From assembly GCA_964016885.1 (NCBI GenBank), contig OZ024740.1:424452001-424516000 (forward strand): a DNA stretch of 64,000 bases. Reading direction: 5' to 3'. Below the pieces are notes generated by a model. The model saw only the letters and a list, made by a program, of their open reading frames with translations, made no database searches and was not told the origin of the DNA. This document shows positions 27,601 to 41,292 of the stretch, in pieces. The first letter of the stretch is position 1. Each line of letters begins with the position of its first letter. The translations under genes were made by a program, and so were the position numbers. The stretch comes from Eledone cirrhosa. Its lineage: Eukaryota.

Positions 27601-30600
27601 TTGGGAAGGGATGACTAGAGTGTGATGTAATCTGTGTAAGGATGGTTATTATTGGGACAGGATGACTAGAGTGTGATGTGATCTGTGTAAGGATGGTTAT
27701 TATTGGGACAGGATGACTAGAATGTGATGTGATCTGTGTAAGGATGGTTATTATTGGAAAGGGATGACTAGAGTGTGATGTGATCTGTGTAAGGATGGTT
27801 ATTATTGGGAAGGGATGACTAGAGTGTAATGTGATCTGTGTAAGGATGGTTATTATTGGGAAGGGATAACTAGAGTGTGATGTGATCTGTGTAAGGATGG
27901 TTATTATTGGGAAGGGATGACTAGAGTGTGATGTGATCTGTGTAAGGATGGTTATTATTGGGAAGGGATGACTATAGTGTGATGTGATCTGTGTAAGGAT
28001 GGTTATTATTGGGAAGGGATAACTAGAGTGTGATGTGATCTGTGTAAGGATGGTTATTATTGGGACAGGATGACTAGAGTGTGATGTGATCTGTGTAAGG
28101 ATGGTTATTATTGGGACAGGATGACTAGAGTGTGATGTGATCTGTGTAAGGATGGTTATTATTGGGACAGGATGATTAGAGTGTGATGTGATTTGTGTAA
28201 GGATGGTTATTATTGGGACAGGATGACTAGAGTGTGATGTGATCTGTGTAAGGATGGTTATTATTGGGACAGGATGACTAGAGTGTGATGTGATCTGTGT
28301 AAGGATGGTTATTATTGGGACAGGATGACTAGAGTGTGATGTGATCTGTGTAAGGATGGTTATTATTGGGACAGGATGACTAGAGTGTGATGTGATCTGT
28401 GTAAGGATGGTTATTATTGGGACAGGATGACTAGAGTGTGATGTGATCTGTGTAAGGATGGTTATTATTGGGAAGGGATAACTAGAGTGTGATGTGATCT
28501 GTGTAAGGATGGTTATTATTGGGAAGGGATGACTAGAGTGTGATGTGATCCGTGTAAGGATGGTTATTATTGGGAAGGGATGACTAGAGTGTGATGTGAT
28601 CTGTGAAAGGATGGCTATTATTGGGACAGGATGACTAGAGTGTGATGTGATCTGAGTAAGGATGGTTATTTTGGGGACAGGGTGTCTAGAGTGTGATGTC
28701 ATCTGTGTAAGGATGGTTATTATTGGGACAGGATGACTAGAGTGTGATGGGATCAGTGTAAGTGTGGTTATTATTGGGACAGGATGACTAGAGAGTGATG
28801 TGATCTGTGTAAGGATGGTTATTATTGGGAAGGGATAACTAGAGTGTGATGTGATCTGTGTAAGGATGGTTATTATTGGGACAGGATGACTAGAGTGTGA
28901 TGTGATCTGTGTAAGGATGGTTATTATAGGGACAGGATGACTAGAGAGTGATGTGATCTGTGTAAGGATGGTTATTATTGGGAAGGGATGACTAGAGTGT
29001 GATGTGATCTGTGTAAGGATGGTTATGATTGGGAACGGATGACTAGAGTGTGATGTGATCTGTGTAAGGATGGTTATTATTGGGAAGGGACGACTAGAGT
29101 GTGATATGATCTGTGTAAGGATGGTTATTATTGGGACAAGATGACTAGAGTGTGATGTGATCTGTGTAAGGATGGTTATTATTGGGATGGGATGACTAGA
29201 GTGTGATGTGATCTGTGTAAGGAAGGTTATTATTGGGACAGGATGACTAGAGTGTGATGTGATCTGTGTAAGGATGGTTATTATTGGGAAGCGATAACTA
29301 GAGTGTGATGTGATCTGTGTAAGGAAGGTTATTATTGGGACAGGATGACTAGAGTGTGATGTGATCTGTGTAAGGATGGTTATTATTGGGAAGGGATGAC
29401 TAGAGTGTGGTGTGATCTGTGAAAGGATGGCTATTATTGGGAAGGGATGACTAGAGTGTAATATCATCTGTGTAAGGATGGTTATTATTTGGAAGGGATG
29501 ACTAGAGTGTGATGTATTCTGTGTAAGGATGGTTATTATTGGGACAGGATGACTAGAGTGTGATGTGATCTGTGAAAGGATGGCTATTATTGGGACAGGA
29601 TGACTAGAGTGTGATGTGATCTGAGTAAGGATGGTTATTTTGGGGACAGGATGTCTAGAGTGTGATGTCATCTGTGTAAGGATGGTTATTATTGGGACAG
29701 GATGACTAGAGTGTGATGTGATCTGTGTAAGGATGGTTATTATTGGGAAGGGATGACTAGAGTGTGATGTGATCTGTGTAAGGATGGTTATTATTGGGAA
29801 CGGATGACTAGAGTGTGATGTGATCTATGTAAGGATGGTTATTATTGGGAAGGGATGACTAGAGTGTGATGTGATCTATGTAACGATGGTTATTATTGGG
29901 AAGCGATGACTAGAGTGTGATGTGATCTGTGTAAGGATGGTTATTATTGGGACAGGATGACTAGAGTGTGATGTGATCTGTGTAAGGATGGTTATTATTG
30001 GGAAGGGATGACTAGAGTGTGATGTGATCTGTGTAAGGATGGTTATTATTGGGACAGGATGACTAGAGTGTGATGTGATCTGTGTAAGGATGGTTATTAT
30101 TGGGAAGGGATGACTAGAGTGTGATGTGATCTGTGTAAGGATGGTTATTATTGGGACAGGATGACTAGAGTGTGATGTGATCTGTGTAAGGATGGTTATT
30201 ATTGGGAAGGGATGACTAGAGTGTGATGTGATGTGTGTAAGGATGGTTATTATTGGGAACGGATGACTAGAGTGTGATGTGATCTATGTAAGGATGGTTA
30301 TTATTGGGAAGGGATGACTAGAGTGTGATGTGATCTATGTAACGATGGTTATTATTGGGAAGCGATGACTAGAGTGTGATGTGATCTGTGTAAGGATGGT
30401 TATTATAGGGACAGGATGACTAGAGAGTGATGTGATCTGTGTAAGGATGGTTATTATTGGGAAGGGATGACTAGAGTGTGATGTGATCTGTGTAAGGATG
30501 GTTATGATTGGGAACGGATGACTAGAGTGTGATGTGATCTGTGTAAGGATGGTTATTATTGGGAAGGGACGACTAGAGTGTGATATGATCTGTGTAAGGA

Positions 30601-33600
30601 TGGTTATTATTGGGACAAGATGACTAGAGTGTGATGTGATCTGTGTAAGGATGGTTATTATTGGGATGGGATGACTAGAGTGTGATGTGATCTGTGTAAG
30701 GAAGGTTATTATTGGGACAGGATGACTAGAGTGTGATGTGATCTGTGTAAGGATGGTTATTATTGGGAAGCGATAACTAGAGTGTGATGTGATCTGTGTA
30801 AGGAAGGTTATTATTGGGACAGGATGACTAGAGTGTGATGTGATCTGTGTAAGGATGGTTATTATTGGGAAGGGATGACTAGAGTGTGGTGTGATCTGTG
30901 AAAGGATGGCTATTATTGGGAAGGGATGACTAGAGTGTAATATCATCTGTGTAAGGATGGTTATTATTTGGAAGGGATGACTAGAGTGTGATGTATTCTG
31001 TGTAAGGATGGTTATTATTGGGACAGGATGACTAGAGTGTGATGTGATCTGTGAAAGGATGGCTATTATTGGGACAGGATGACTAGAGTGTGATGTGATC
31101 TGAGTAAGGATGGTTATTTTGGGGACAGGATGTCTAGAGTGTGATGTCATCTGTGTAAGGATGGTTATTATTGGGACAGGATGACTAGAGTGTGATGTGA
31201 TCTGTGTAAGGATGGTTATTATTGGGAAGGGATGACTAGAGTGTGATGTGATCTGTGTAAGGATGGTTATTATTGGGAACGGATGACTAGAGTGTGATGT
31301 GATCTATGTAAGGATGGTTATTATTGGGAAGGGATGACTAGAGTGTGATGTGATCTATGTAACGATGGTTATTATTGGGAAGCGATGACTAGAGTGTGAT
31401 GTGATCTGTGTAAGGATGGTTATTATTGGGACAGGATGACTAGAGTGTGATGTGATCTGTGTAAGGATGGTTATTATTGGGAAGGGATGACTAGAGTGTG
31501 ATGTGATCTGTGTAAGGATGGTTATTATTGGGACAGGATGACTAGAGTGTGATGTGATCTGTGTAAGGATGGTTATTATTGGGAAGGGATGACTAGAGTG
31601 TGATGTGATCTGTGTAAGGATGGTTATTATTGGGACAGGATGACTAGAGTGTGATGTGATCTGTGTAAGGATGGTTATTATTGGGAATGGATGACTAGAG
31701 TGTGATGTGATGTGTGTAAGGATGGTTATTATTGGGAACGGATGACTAGAGTGTGATGTGATCTATGTAAGGATGGTTATTATTGGGAAGGGATGACTAG
31801 AGTGTGATGTGATCTATGTAACGATGGTTATTATTGGGAAGCGATGACTAGAGTGTGATGTGATCTGTGTAAGGATGGTTATTATTGGGACAGGATGACT
31901 AGAGTGTGATGTGATCTGTGTAAGGATGGTTATTATTGGGAAGGGATGACTAGAGTGTGATGTGATCTGTGTAAGGATGGTTATTATTGGGACAGGATGA
32001 CTAGAGTGTGATGTGATCTGTGTAACGATGGTTATTATTGGGAAGCGATGACTAGAGTGTGATGTGATCTGTGTAAGGAGAGTTATTATTGGGACAGGAT
32101 GACTAGAGTGTGATGTGATCTGTGTAAGGATGGTTATTATTGGGACAGGATGACTAGAGTTTGATGTGATCTGTGTAAGGATGGTTATTATTCGGAAGGG
32201 ACGACTAGAGTGTGATGTGATCTATGTAAGGATGGTTATTATTGGGAGAGGATGACTAGAGTGTGACGTGATCTGTGTAAGGATGGTTATTATTGGGATG
32301 GGATGACTAGAGTGTGATGTGATCTGTGTAAGGATGGTTATTATTGGGATGGGATGACTAGAGTGTGACGTGATCTATGTAAGGATGGTTATTATTGGGA
32401 GAGGATGACTAGAGTGTGATGTGATCTGTGTAAGGATGGTTATTATTGGGATGGGATGACTAGAGTGTGATGTGATCTGTGTAAGGATGGTTATTATTGG
32501 GATGGGATGACTAGAATGTGACGTGATCTGTGTAAGGATGGTTATTATTGTGACAGGATGACTAGAGTGTAATGTGATCTGTGTGAGGATGGTTATTATT
32601 GGGACAGGATGTCTAGAGTGTGATGTCATCTGTGTAAGGATGGTTATTATTGGGACAGGATGACTAGAGTGTAATGTGATCAGTGTAACGATGGTTATTA
32701 TTGGGACAGGATGACTAGAGTGTGATGTGATCTGTGTAAGGATGGTTATTATTGGGACAGGATGACTAGAGTGTAATGTGATCAGTGTAACGATGGTTAT
32801 TATTGGGACAGGATGACTAGAGTGTGATGTGATCTGTGTAAGGATGGTTATTATTGGGATGGGATGACTAGAGTGTGATGTGATCTGTGTAAGGATGGTT
32901 ATTATTGGGATGGGATGACTAGAATGTGACGTGATCTGTGTAAGGATGGTTATTATTGTGACAGGATGACTAGAGTGTAATGTGATCTGTGTGAGGATGG
33001 TTATTATTGGGACAGGATGTCTAGAGTGTGATGTCATCTGTGTAAGGATGGTTATTATTGGGACAGGATGACTAGAGTGTAATGTGATCAGTGTAACGAT
33101 GGTTATTATTGGGACAGGATGACTAGAGTGTGATGTGATCTGTGTAAGGATGGTTATTATTGGGAAGGGATGACTAGAGTGTGATGTGATCTGTGAAAGG
33201 ATGGCTATTATTGGGAAGGGATGACTAGAGTGTGATGTGATCTGTGTAAGGATGGTTATCATTGGGACAGGATGACTAGAGTGTGATGTGATCTGTGTAA
33301 GGATGGTTATTATTGGCAACGGATGACTAGAGTGTGATGTGATCTGTGTAATGATGGTTATTATTGGGACAGGATGACTAGAGTGTGATGTGATCAGTGT
33401 AACGATGGTTATTATTGGGACAGGATGACTAGAGTGTGATGTGATCTGTGTAAGGATGGTTATTATTGGGAACGGATGACTAGAGTGTGATGTGATCTGT
33501 GTAAGGATGGTTATTATTGGGAAGCGATGACTAGTGTGTGATGTGTTCTGTGTAAGGATGGTTATTATTGGGACAGGATGACTAGAGTGTGATGTGATCT

Positions 33601-35352
33601 GTGTAAGGATGGTTATTATTGGGACAGGATGACTAGAGTGTGATGTGATCTGTGTAAGGATGGTTATTATTGGGAAGGGATGACTAGAGTGTGGTGTGAT
33701 CTGTGAAAGGATGGCTATTATTGGGAAGGGATGACTAGAGTGTAATATCATCTGTGTAAGGATGGTTATTATTGGGAAGGGATGACTAGTGTGTCATGTG
33801 ATCTGTGTAAGGATGGTTATTATTGGGACAAGATGACTAGAGTGTGATGTGATCTGTGTAAGGATGGTTATTATTGGGCAGGGATGACTAGAGTGTGACG
33901 TGATCTGTGTAAGGATGGTTATTATTGTGACAGGATGACTAGAGTGTAATGTGATCTGTGTAATGATGGTTATTATTGGGACAGGATGTCTAGAGTGTGA
34001 TGTCATCTGTGTAAGGATGGTTATTATTGGGACAGGATGACTAGAGTGTGATGTTATCAGTGTAAGGATGGTTATTATTGGGACAGGATGACTAGAGTGT
34101 GATGTGATCTGTGTAAGGATGGTTATTATTGGGAAGGGATGACTAGAGTGTGATGTGATCTGTGTAAGGATGGTTATTATTGGGACAGGATGACTAGAGT
34201 TTGATGTTATCAGTGTAAGGATGGTTATTATTGGGAAGGGATGACTAGAGTGTGATGTTATCAGTGTAAGGATGGTTATTATTGGGACAGGATGACTAGA
34301 GTGTGATGTGATCTGTGTAAGGATGGTTATTATTGGGAAGGGATGACTAGAGTGTGATGTGATCTGTGAAAGGATGGTTATTATTGGGTCAGGATGACTA
34401 GAGTGTGATGTGATCTGTGTAAGGATGGTTATTATTGGGAAGGGATGACTAGAGTGTGATGTGATCTGTGAAAGGATGGCTATTATTGGGAAGGGATGAC
34501 TAGAGTGTGATGTGATCTGTGTAAGGATGGTTATCATTGGGACAGGATGACTAGAGTGTGATGTGATCTGTGTAAGGATGGTTATTATTGGGAACGGATG
34601 ACTAGAGTGTAATGTGATCTGTGTAAGGATGGTTATCATTGGGACAGGATGACTAGAGTGTGATGTGATCTGTGTAAGGATGGTTATTATTGGGAAGGGA
34701 TAACTAGAGTGTGATGTGATCTGTGTAAGGATGGTTATTATTGGGAAGCGATGACTAGTGTGTGATGTGATCTGTGTAAGGATGGTTATTATTGGGACAG
34801 GATGACTAGAGTGTGATGTGATCTGTGTAAGGATGGTTATTATTGGGAAGCGATGACTAGTGTGTGATGTGATCTGTGTAAGGATGGTTATTATTGGGAC
34901 AGGATGACTAGAGTGTGATGTGATCTGTGTAAGGATGGTTATTATTGGGAAGGGATGACTAGAGTGTGGTGTGATCTGTGAAAGGATGGCTATTATTGGG
35001 AAGGGATGACTAGAGTGTAATATCATCTGTGTAAGGATGGTTATTATTGGGAAGGGATGACTAGTGTGTCATGTGATCTGTGTAAGGATGGTTATTATTG
35101 GGACAAGATGACTAGAGTGTGATGTGATCTGTGTAAGGATGGTTATTATTGGGCAGGGATGACTAGAGTGTGATGTGATCTGTGTAAGGATCGTTATTAT
35201 TGGGACATGATGACTAGAATGTGATGTGATCTGCGTAAGGATGGTTATTATTGGGAAGGGATGACTAGAGTGTGATGTGATCTGTGTAAGGATGGTTATT
35301 ATTGGGAAGGGATGACTAGAGTGTGATGTGATCTGTGTAAGGATTGTTATTA
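15613..35352 (+). repeat. 51-bp tandem satellite (~387 copies), unit GTGATGTGATCTGTGTAAGGATGGTTATTATTGGGACAGGATGACTAGAGT
   Basis: Direct 51-nt periodicity, with higher-order block duplications at offsets 3213, 1479, 1275 and 1173 bp (63, 29, 25 and 23 units). Confidence 0.98.
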
Positions 35353-35425
35353 TTTATTTTATCGACTCCTTAGGGATGAAAAGCAAAGTTAACCTCGGCG
35401 GGATTTGAACTCAGACTATAAAGGG
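35352..35425 (-). mobile_element. Nin-domain SINE fragment abutting the satellite end
   Basis: TTTATTTTATCGACTCCTTAGGGATGAAAAGCAAAGTTAACCTCGGCGGGATTTGAACTCAGA. Confidence 0.75.
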
Positions 35426-35626
35426 ATGTAACCCTAGTAAGTGTAATAATAGGATGATAGTTGACAGGTGAGAGGGGTTCTTCTTGGAAATGAGACACAC
35501 TGTAACGTATTTCCCATAATCAGAGTACATCCTTGTAGAAAGAGAGAGATGGAAGATTTTGTTGAGATTAGGGATTAGGTCTGACTCCCTATTTTCAGTC
35601 TTTCTATCGTATGACATGAACAATTG

Positions 35627-36150
35627 TTAGATAGAGCGATCGAGATTTACCAGCCAGACTAAGGCGTCATTTGTAGTATTATAGATCGTCGGGAAAACGT
35701 ATGAGGGGTAATCCCGAACAAGATGTAGCACTGTCTGGTCAGGGCCCCTACAGTCACATCTCCATGGAGATGATGGACTGTCCTGGCACGTTTGTGTGGA
35801 TCCGATTAAAGGAGACCCGTTGCTTTCCGGGAAGGTCAGAGCCGGCTGCTTTAGATGTGGGGTCCAAGACGAGGTCCTGGTTGGTATATTTGGACTCATT
35901 CCATGATCTTCGCCAATGTTTCTGCAGATCAAAGTTATTGTTTGAAGTTGATAGGATATTGTCGGGACTGTTGGCTCCGTTGGCCTGAAGCTACTGGAGG
36001 TGTTTTAGCACTGGGAGTGTATGTATGACTGGAGGTGTTTAGCACTGGGAGCGTATGTATATAATGTGGTAACTCTGGCAAGGGTTGGGAATATATTTGG
36101 AGGAGTTTTAACACATACGTGCAGTATGGAGATGGGTGTAAAGTATTCAG
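35627..36150 (-). mobile_element. I-group (Ingi/Vingi-like) LINE 3' fragment nested in the CR1-type relic
   Basis: VLDPTSKAAGSDLPGKQRVSFNRIHT followed by a CCHC-like knuckle CDCRGPDQTVLHLVRDYP..DALVWLVNLD*. Confidence 0.6.
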
Positions 36151-36467
36151 TTAGGCGGAGGCTTTCTCTGCGAGAGTGCTATTTACAGAACCATCATGAT
36201 TGAAGAGCGGAAGAAAGAAAGATTCTGTTAAGTTGATGAGCTTGCTTTACAGGGGGTCTGAAAGATGAACTACAGGTTGAGAGGTAGAAGAGCTTGAGAG
36301 CAGTGTGATGTGTGGAGGTACCCCTCACAGATCAAACACAGACACTGAAAGAGCTGTGATGTTGAGTAAACGATGTTCAATTTTGGGAGAAGGGTGACTG
36401 CCTCAAGATATTGTAGGCCTTAATTTTTCTCTGAAATGCTGCAACACATTACGAGTAAACCAATTGT

Positions 36468-36592
36468 AGGACTTGTGATGGACTGGCGTCCTGTCCAGGT
36501 TGAAGTCGTGATTCTCAGTCACTTCACGTCACGGAAACCGGGATAAGCACTGGTCTGATGAACCTCCGGGGTCGAAACAGACTTTAGACTAG
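36468..36592 (+). mobile_element. SINE 3' tail
   Basis: GATGGACTGGCGTCCTGTCCAGG..CTCAGTCACTTCA..CTGATGAACCTC..ACAGAC matches 9697-9802. Confidence 0.75.
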
Positions 36593-36769
36593 ACCTGTAG
36601 GTATAGGACGTTGAGTTGTGTGTGATATGGAAAGGCATGTTTCAAAGAATGGTTTTAGTTACACGGTCAGCTGTTTCTTTGGGGTCAAAAGTGAGGCACG
36701 TGTCCCGCCAAGGAAAGTTGGTATTTGATGAATCTTCGACCAATCGGCTGACTTAAATTGTGATAGTGC

Positions 36770-38590
36770 CCTGGGTCTGTAGGATAGACCCCCTGGGTGG
36801 ATGTCTGTAGGATAGACCCCCATGGTGGATGTCTGTAGGATAGACCCCCTGGGTGGATGTCTGTAGGATAGACACCCTGGGTGGATGTCTGTAGGATAGA
36901 CCCCCTGGGTGGATGTCTGTAGGATAGACCCCCTGGGTGGATGTCTGTAGGATAGACCCCCTGGGTGGATGTCTGTAGGATAGACACCCTGGGTGGATGT
37001 CTGTAGGATAGACCCCCTGGGTGGATGTCTGTAGGATAGACACCTTGGGTGGATGTCTGTAGGATAGACACCTTGGGTGGATGTCTGTAGGATAGACCCC
37101 TTGGGTGGATGTCTGTAGGATAGACCCCTGGGTGGATGTCTGTAGGATAGACACCCCTGGGTGGATGTCTTTTGGATAGACCCCCTGGGTGGATGTCTGT
37201 AGGATAGACACCTTGGGTGGATGTCTGTAGGATAGACACCTTGGGTGGATGTCTGTAGGATAGACCCCTTGGGTGGATGTCTGTAGGATAGACACCTTGG
37301 GTGGATGTCTGTAGGATAGACACCTTGGGTGGATGTCTGTAGGATAGACCCCCTGGGTGGATGTCTGTAGGATAGACACCTTGGGTGGATGTCTGTAGGA
37401 TAGACACCCCTGGGTGGATGTCTTTTGGATAGACCCCCTGGGTGGATGTCTGTAGGATAGACACCTTGGGTGGATGTCTGTAGGATAGACACCTTGGGTG
37501 GATGTCTGTAGGATAGACACCTTGGGTGGATGTCTGTAGGATAGACCCCCTGGGTGGATGTCTGTAGGATAGACCCCCTGGGTGGATGTCTGTAGGATAG
37601 ACCCCCTGGGTGGATGTCTGTAGGATAGACCCCCATGGTGGATGTCTGTAGGATAGACACCTTGGGTGGATGTCTGTAGGATAGACCCCCTGGGTGGATG
37701 TCTTTTGGATAGACCCCCTGGGTGGATGTCTGTAGGATAGACCCCCTGGGTGGATGTCTTTTGGATAGACCCCCTGGGTGGATGTCTGTAGGATAGACCC
37801 CCTGGGTGGATGTCTGTAGGATAGACACCTTGGGTGAATGTCTGTAGGATAGACCCCCTGGGTGGATGTCTTTTGGATAGACCCCCTGGGTGGATGTCTG
37901 TAGGATAGACCCCCTGGGTGGATGTCTGTAGGATAGACCCCCTGGGTGGATGTCTGTAGGATAGACACCTTGGGTGGATGTATGTAGGATAGACCCCCTG
38001 GGTGGATGTCTTTTGGATAGACCCCCTGGGTGGATGTCTGTAGGATAGACCCCCTGGGTGGATGTCTGTAGGATAGACCCCCTGGGTGGATGTCTGTAGG
38101 ATAGACCCCCTGGGTGGATGTCTGTAGGATAGACACCTTGGGTGAATGTCTGTAGGATAGACCCCCTGGGTGGATGTCTGTAGGATAAACCCCCTGGGTG
38201 GATGTCTGTAGGATAGACACCTTGGGTGGATGTCTGTAGGATAGACCCCCTGGGTGGATGTCTGTAGGATAGACCCCTTAGGTGGATGTCTGTAGGATAG
38301 ACACCTTGGGTGGATGTCTGTAGGATAGACCCCCTGGGTGGATGTCTGTAGGATAGACCCCTTAGGTGGATGTCTGTAGGATAGACCCCCTGGGTGGATG
38401 TCTGTAGGATAGACCCCTTAGGTGGATGTCTGTAGGATAGACCCCCTGGGTGGATGTCTGTAGGATAGACACCTTGGGTGGATGTCTGTAGGATAGACCC
38501 CCTGGGTGGATGTCTGTAGGATAGACACCTTGGGTGGATGTCTGTAGGATAGACCCCCTGGGTGGATGTTTGTAGGATAGACCCCCCCCC
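36770..38590 (+). repeat. 28-bp minisatellite (~65 copies), unit GGTGGATGTCTGTAGGATAGACCCCCTG
   Basis: Direct periodicity (AGGATAGAC at 36781, 36809...), with CCCCCTG/ACCTTG variants. Confidence 0.97.
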
Positions 38591-39267
38591 CCATATGAGA
38601 CCGTTTGGTCTGTAAGTACGACTACTCCTGTTGCTTATTTTGTTTTTATATATGTACGTGTATGCGTGTGTGTGTGTGTGTGTCTCTGTGTGTGTGTATG
38701 TCTGTCTGTATGTGTGTGTATGTGTGTGTGTGTGTGAGTGTGTGTGTATGTGTGTATGTGTGTGTGGCTTCTCCCTCTCTCAGGCTCTGTGGTTTTCAGT
38801 GTTGGTATGTCAGTCTTTGTGTCTGCTCTTTCTTTCTCTCCCTCTCTCCCTCTTTCCCCCCTCTCTCTCGGTGATATGTATGTATGTATATATGTATGTA
38901 TGTATATATATATATATGTATGTATATGTGTATTTCGACATGTCTCTACCTTTCTTGGTATGTGTGTGTGTATGTTGTTGTTGTTGTAGTACAGGATGCT
39001 GACCTTTAGAAATGATTATTTTCACTTAGGATGATGGCGGAAGTGAAAGAATCCTTATTTTTTATTATTACCTCCAAAACTATGCGGCCTGGTGCTTTCA
39101 TTCGGTGGTATTCTCCACATCTCTTGACCCCTGAATGGCCTGTTGCTGATGTTTTGACCTCTTGTGTCCCCTATACTGATATAGTCTTCCCTATTGCCTA
39201 TATTTCCTCTGGGATGTCATATCATGTCCTGTCCCTTTGGCAATGAAGAAATAATTCATTATTAAAG

Positions 39268-39920
39268 CCCGCTGGGGTCGATAAAATAAAGTACCAGTAA
39301 CACACTGGGTCGGTTTAATCGATTTTCCCTGCCCCCAAATTGTTGGCCTAGTGACTAAATCAGTGGATTGGCAGTATCGGTAGAAGGTCGGACGCCATGC
39401 TTTGCAGCATAGAGTTACGGCCTTTGCCATTCTGAGTTCAAATCCCGAAGTCAACTTTGCCTTTCATCCTTACGGGGTCGATAAATAAAGTACCAGTAAT
39501 GTACTGGGATAATTGCTGGCTTTGTGCCAAAAGTAGAAACAATTATTAAACCCCAGCAGTGGTGGTAGACTGACAGAATCGGTAGAGCATCGGATAACAT
39601 GCTTTACGATATATAGTTACGTCCCTTTACGTTCTGAGTTCAAATCAAATCGAGATTAACTTTGCCTTTCATCATTACGGGGTCGATGAAATAAAGTACC
39701 AGTAATGTACTGGATTCAATTTAATCGACTTTCCACCTTCCCTTCAAATTAGAGACCTTGTGACAACTAGAAACAACTATTAACCCTATCGGGACCAACT
39801 TTGCCTTTCATCTTTCCCATGATAAAATAAAGGACTCCTAGTTATATATTTAGGGGTCAATTTAATCGATTGTTCTCCCCCTCCACCCAATTTGTGACCT
39901 TGTGCTTATGTAAGAAACGT
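39268..39920 (+). mobile_element. Head-to-tail cluster of four Nin-domain SINE copies or fragments
   Basis: GGGGTCGATAAAATAAAGTACCAG motif at ~39274, 39474 and 39679, and a degraded copy at 39820; TTCTGAGTTCAAAT B-box-like motifs. Confidence 0.85.
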
Positions 39921-40017
39921 TATTATTGATACGATGTTTATCGTTATTGATGATGTTGTTGTTGTGGACATAATATTCAATATTACTAATACGAGGTGAT
40001 TAATGACATAGGAAAAC

Positions 40018-41192
40018 CATCAACAGCACCACCATCACCACCACCACCATCACCATCACCACCACCACCACCGTTACTACCATCACCACCACCACCACCA
40101 CCACACCACTGTTACTACCATCACCACCACCACCACCACCACACCACCACCACCACCATCACCATCACCACCACCACCACCACCGTTACTACCATCACCA
40201 CCACCACCACCACCACACCACTGTTACTACCATCACCACCACCACCACCACCACACCACTGTTACTACCATCACCACCACCACCGCCACCACACCACTGT
40301 TACTACCACCACCATCACCACCACCACCACACCACTGTTACTACCACCACCATCACCACCACCACCACACCACTGTTACTACCACCACCATCACCACCAC
40401 CACCACACCACTGTTACTACCATCACCACCACCACCAACAGCAGCACCAACACAAACAACAGCAGCACCAACAGCAGCAGCACCAACAACAGCAGCACCA
40501 ACAACAGCACCACAACAACAGCAGCACCAACAACAGCAGCACCAACAGCATCAACACCAACAACAGCAGCACCAACAACAGCACCACAACAACAGCAGCA
40601 CCAACATCAGCAGCACCAACAACAGCACCACAACAACAGCAGCACCAACAGCAGCAGCACCAACAACAGCAGCACCAACAACAGCAGCACCAACAACAGC
40701 AGCACCAACACAGCAGCACCAACAGCAGCACCAACAACAGCAGCACCAACAACAGCAGCACCAACAACAGCAGCACCAACAACAGCAGCACCAACAACAG
40801 CAGCACCAACAACAGCAGCACCAACAACAGCAACACCAACAACAGCAGCACCAACAACAGCAGCACCAACAACAGCAGCACCAACAGCAGCAGCACCAAC
40901 AGCAGCAGCACCAACAGCAGCAGCACCAACAGCAGCACCAACAACAGCAGCACCAACAGCAGCAGCACCAACAACAGCAACACCAACAACAGCAGCACCA
41001 ACAACAGCAGCACCAACAACAGCAGCACCAACAACAGCAGCACCAACAACAGCAGCACCAACAGCAGCAGCACCAACAACAGCAACACCAACAACAGCAG
41101 CACCAACAACAGCAGCACCAACAGCATCAGCACCAACAACAGCAGCACCAACAGCAGCAGCACCAACAGCAGCAGCACCAACAGCAGCAGTA
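40018..41192 (+). repeat. Compound (CAC)n / (CAA,CAG) low-complexity repeat with 15-bp CAGCACCAACAACAG units
   Basis: Direct. Confidence 0.9.
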
Positions 41193-41292
41193 TTGTCACC
41201 ACAAATCCATCCTAGTCCCCTCTTCTGCTTCTCCAACAACAGGATAAATGAAAGAAAAAACATTCATGGTGACTCCCTTCTTAGTCGTGACA

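Larger units (their letters stand above)
35430..36780 (-). mobile_element. Decayed CR1/Zenon-type LINE ORF2 (endonuclease-RT linker into RT start) with nested insertions
   Basis: Minus-strand pieces in expected order: ALSQFKSADWSKIHQ / NFPWRDTCLTFDPKETADRVTKTIL (36620-36780); WFT..VAAFQRKIKAYNILRQ (36390-36463); ESFFLPLFNHDGSVNSTLAEKA (36160-36230); LIPNLNKIFHLSLSTRMYSDYGKYVTVCLISKKNPS / NYHPII, a degenerate NYRPIS (35430-35620). Confidence 0.75.

Noticed and set aside
17839-35026. ORFs of 270-951 aa with 17-aa repeats
   Set aside because: Translation of the 51-bp satellite; stops and a frameshift are scattered, and there are no unique termini.
36553-36590. CTGATGA..GAAAC in the SINE tail as a hammerhead
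   Set aside because: No NUH triplet or helix III/I closure, and the homologue at 9767 lacks GAAA.
36659-38220. Three overlapping minus-strand ORFs
   Set aside because: The 28-bp unit cycles through all frames without stops; not coding evidence.
39020-39135. Possible exon, MULE fragment (DDGGSERILIF) or YY1/ETS motif GATGGCGGAAGTG
   Set aside because: Too short, with no supporting downstream motif or partner exon.
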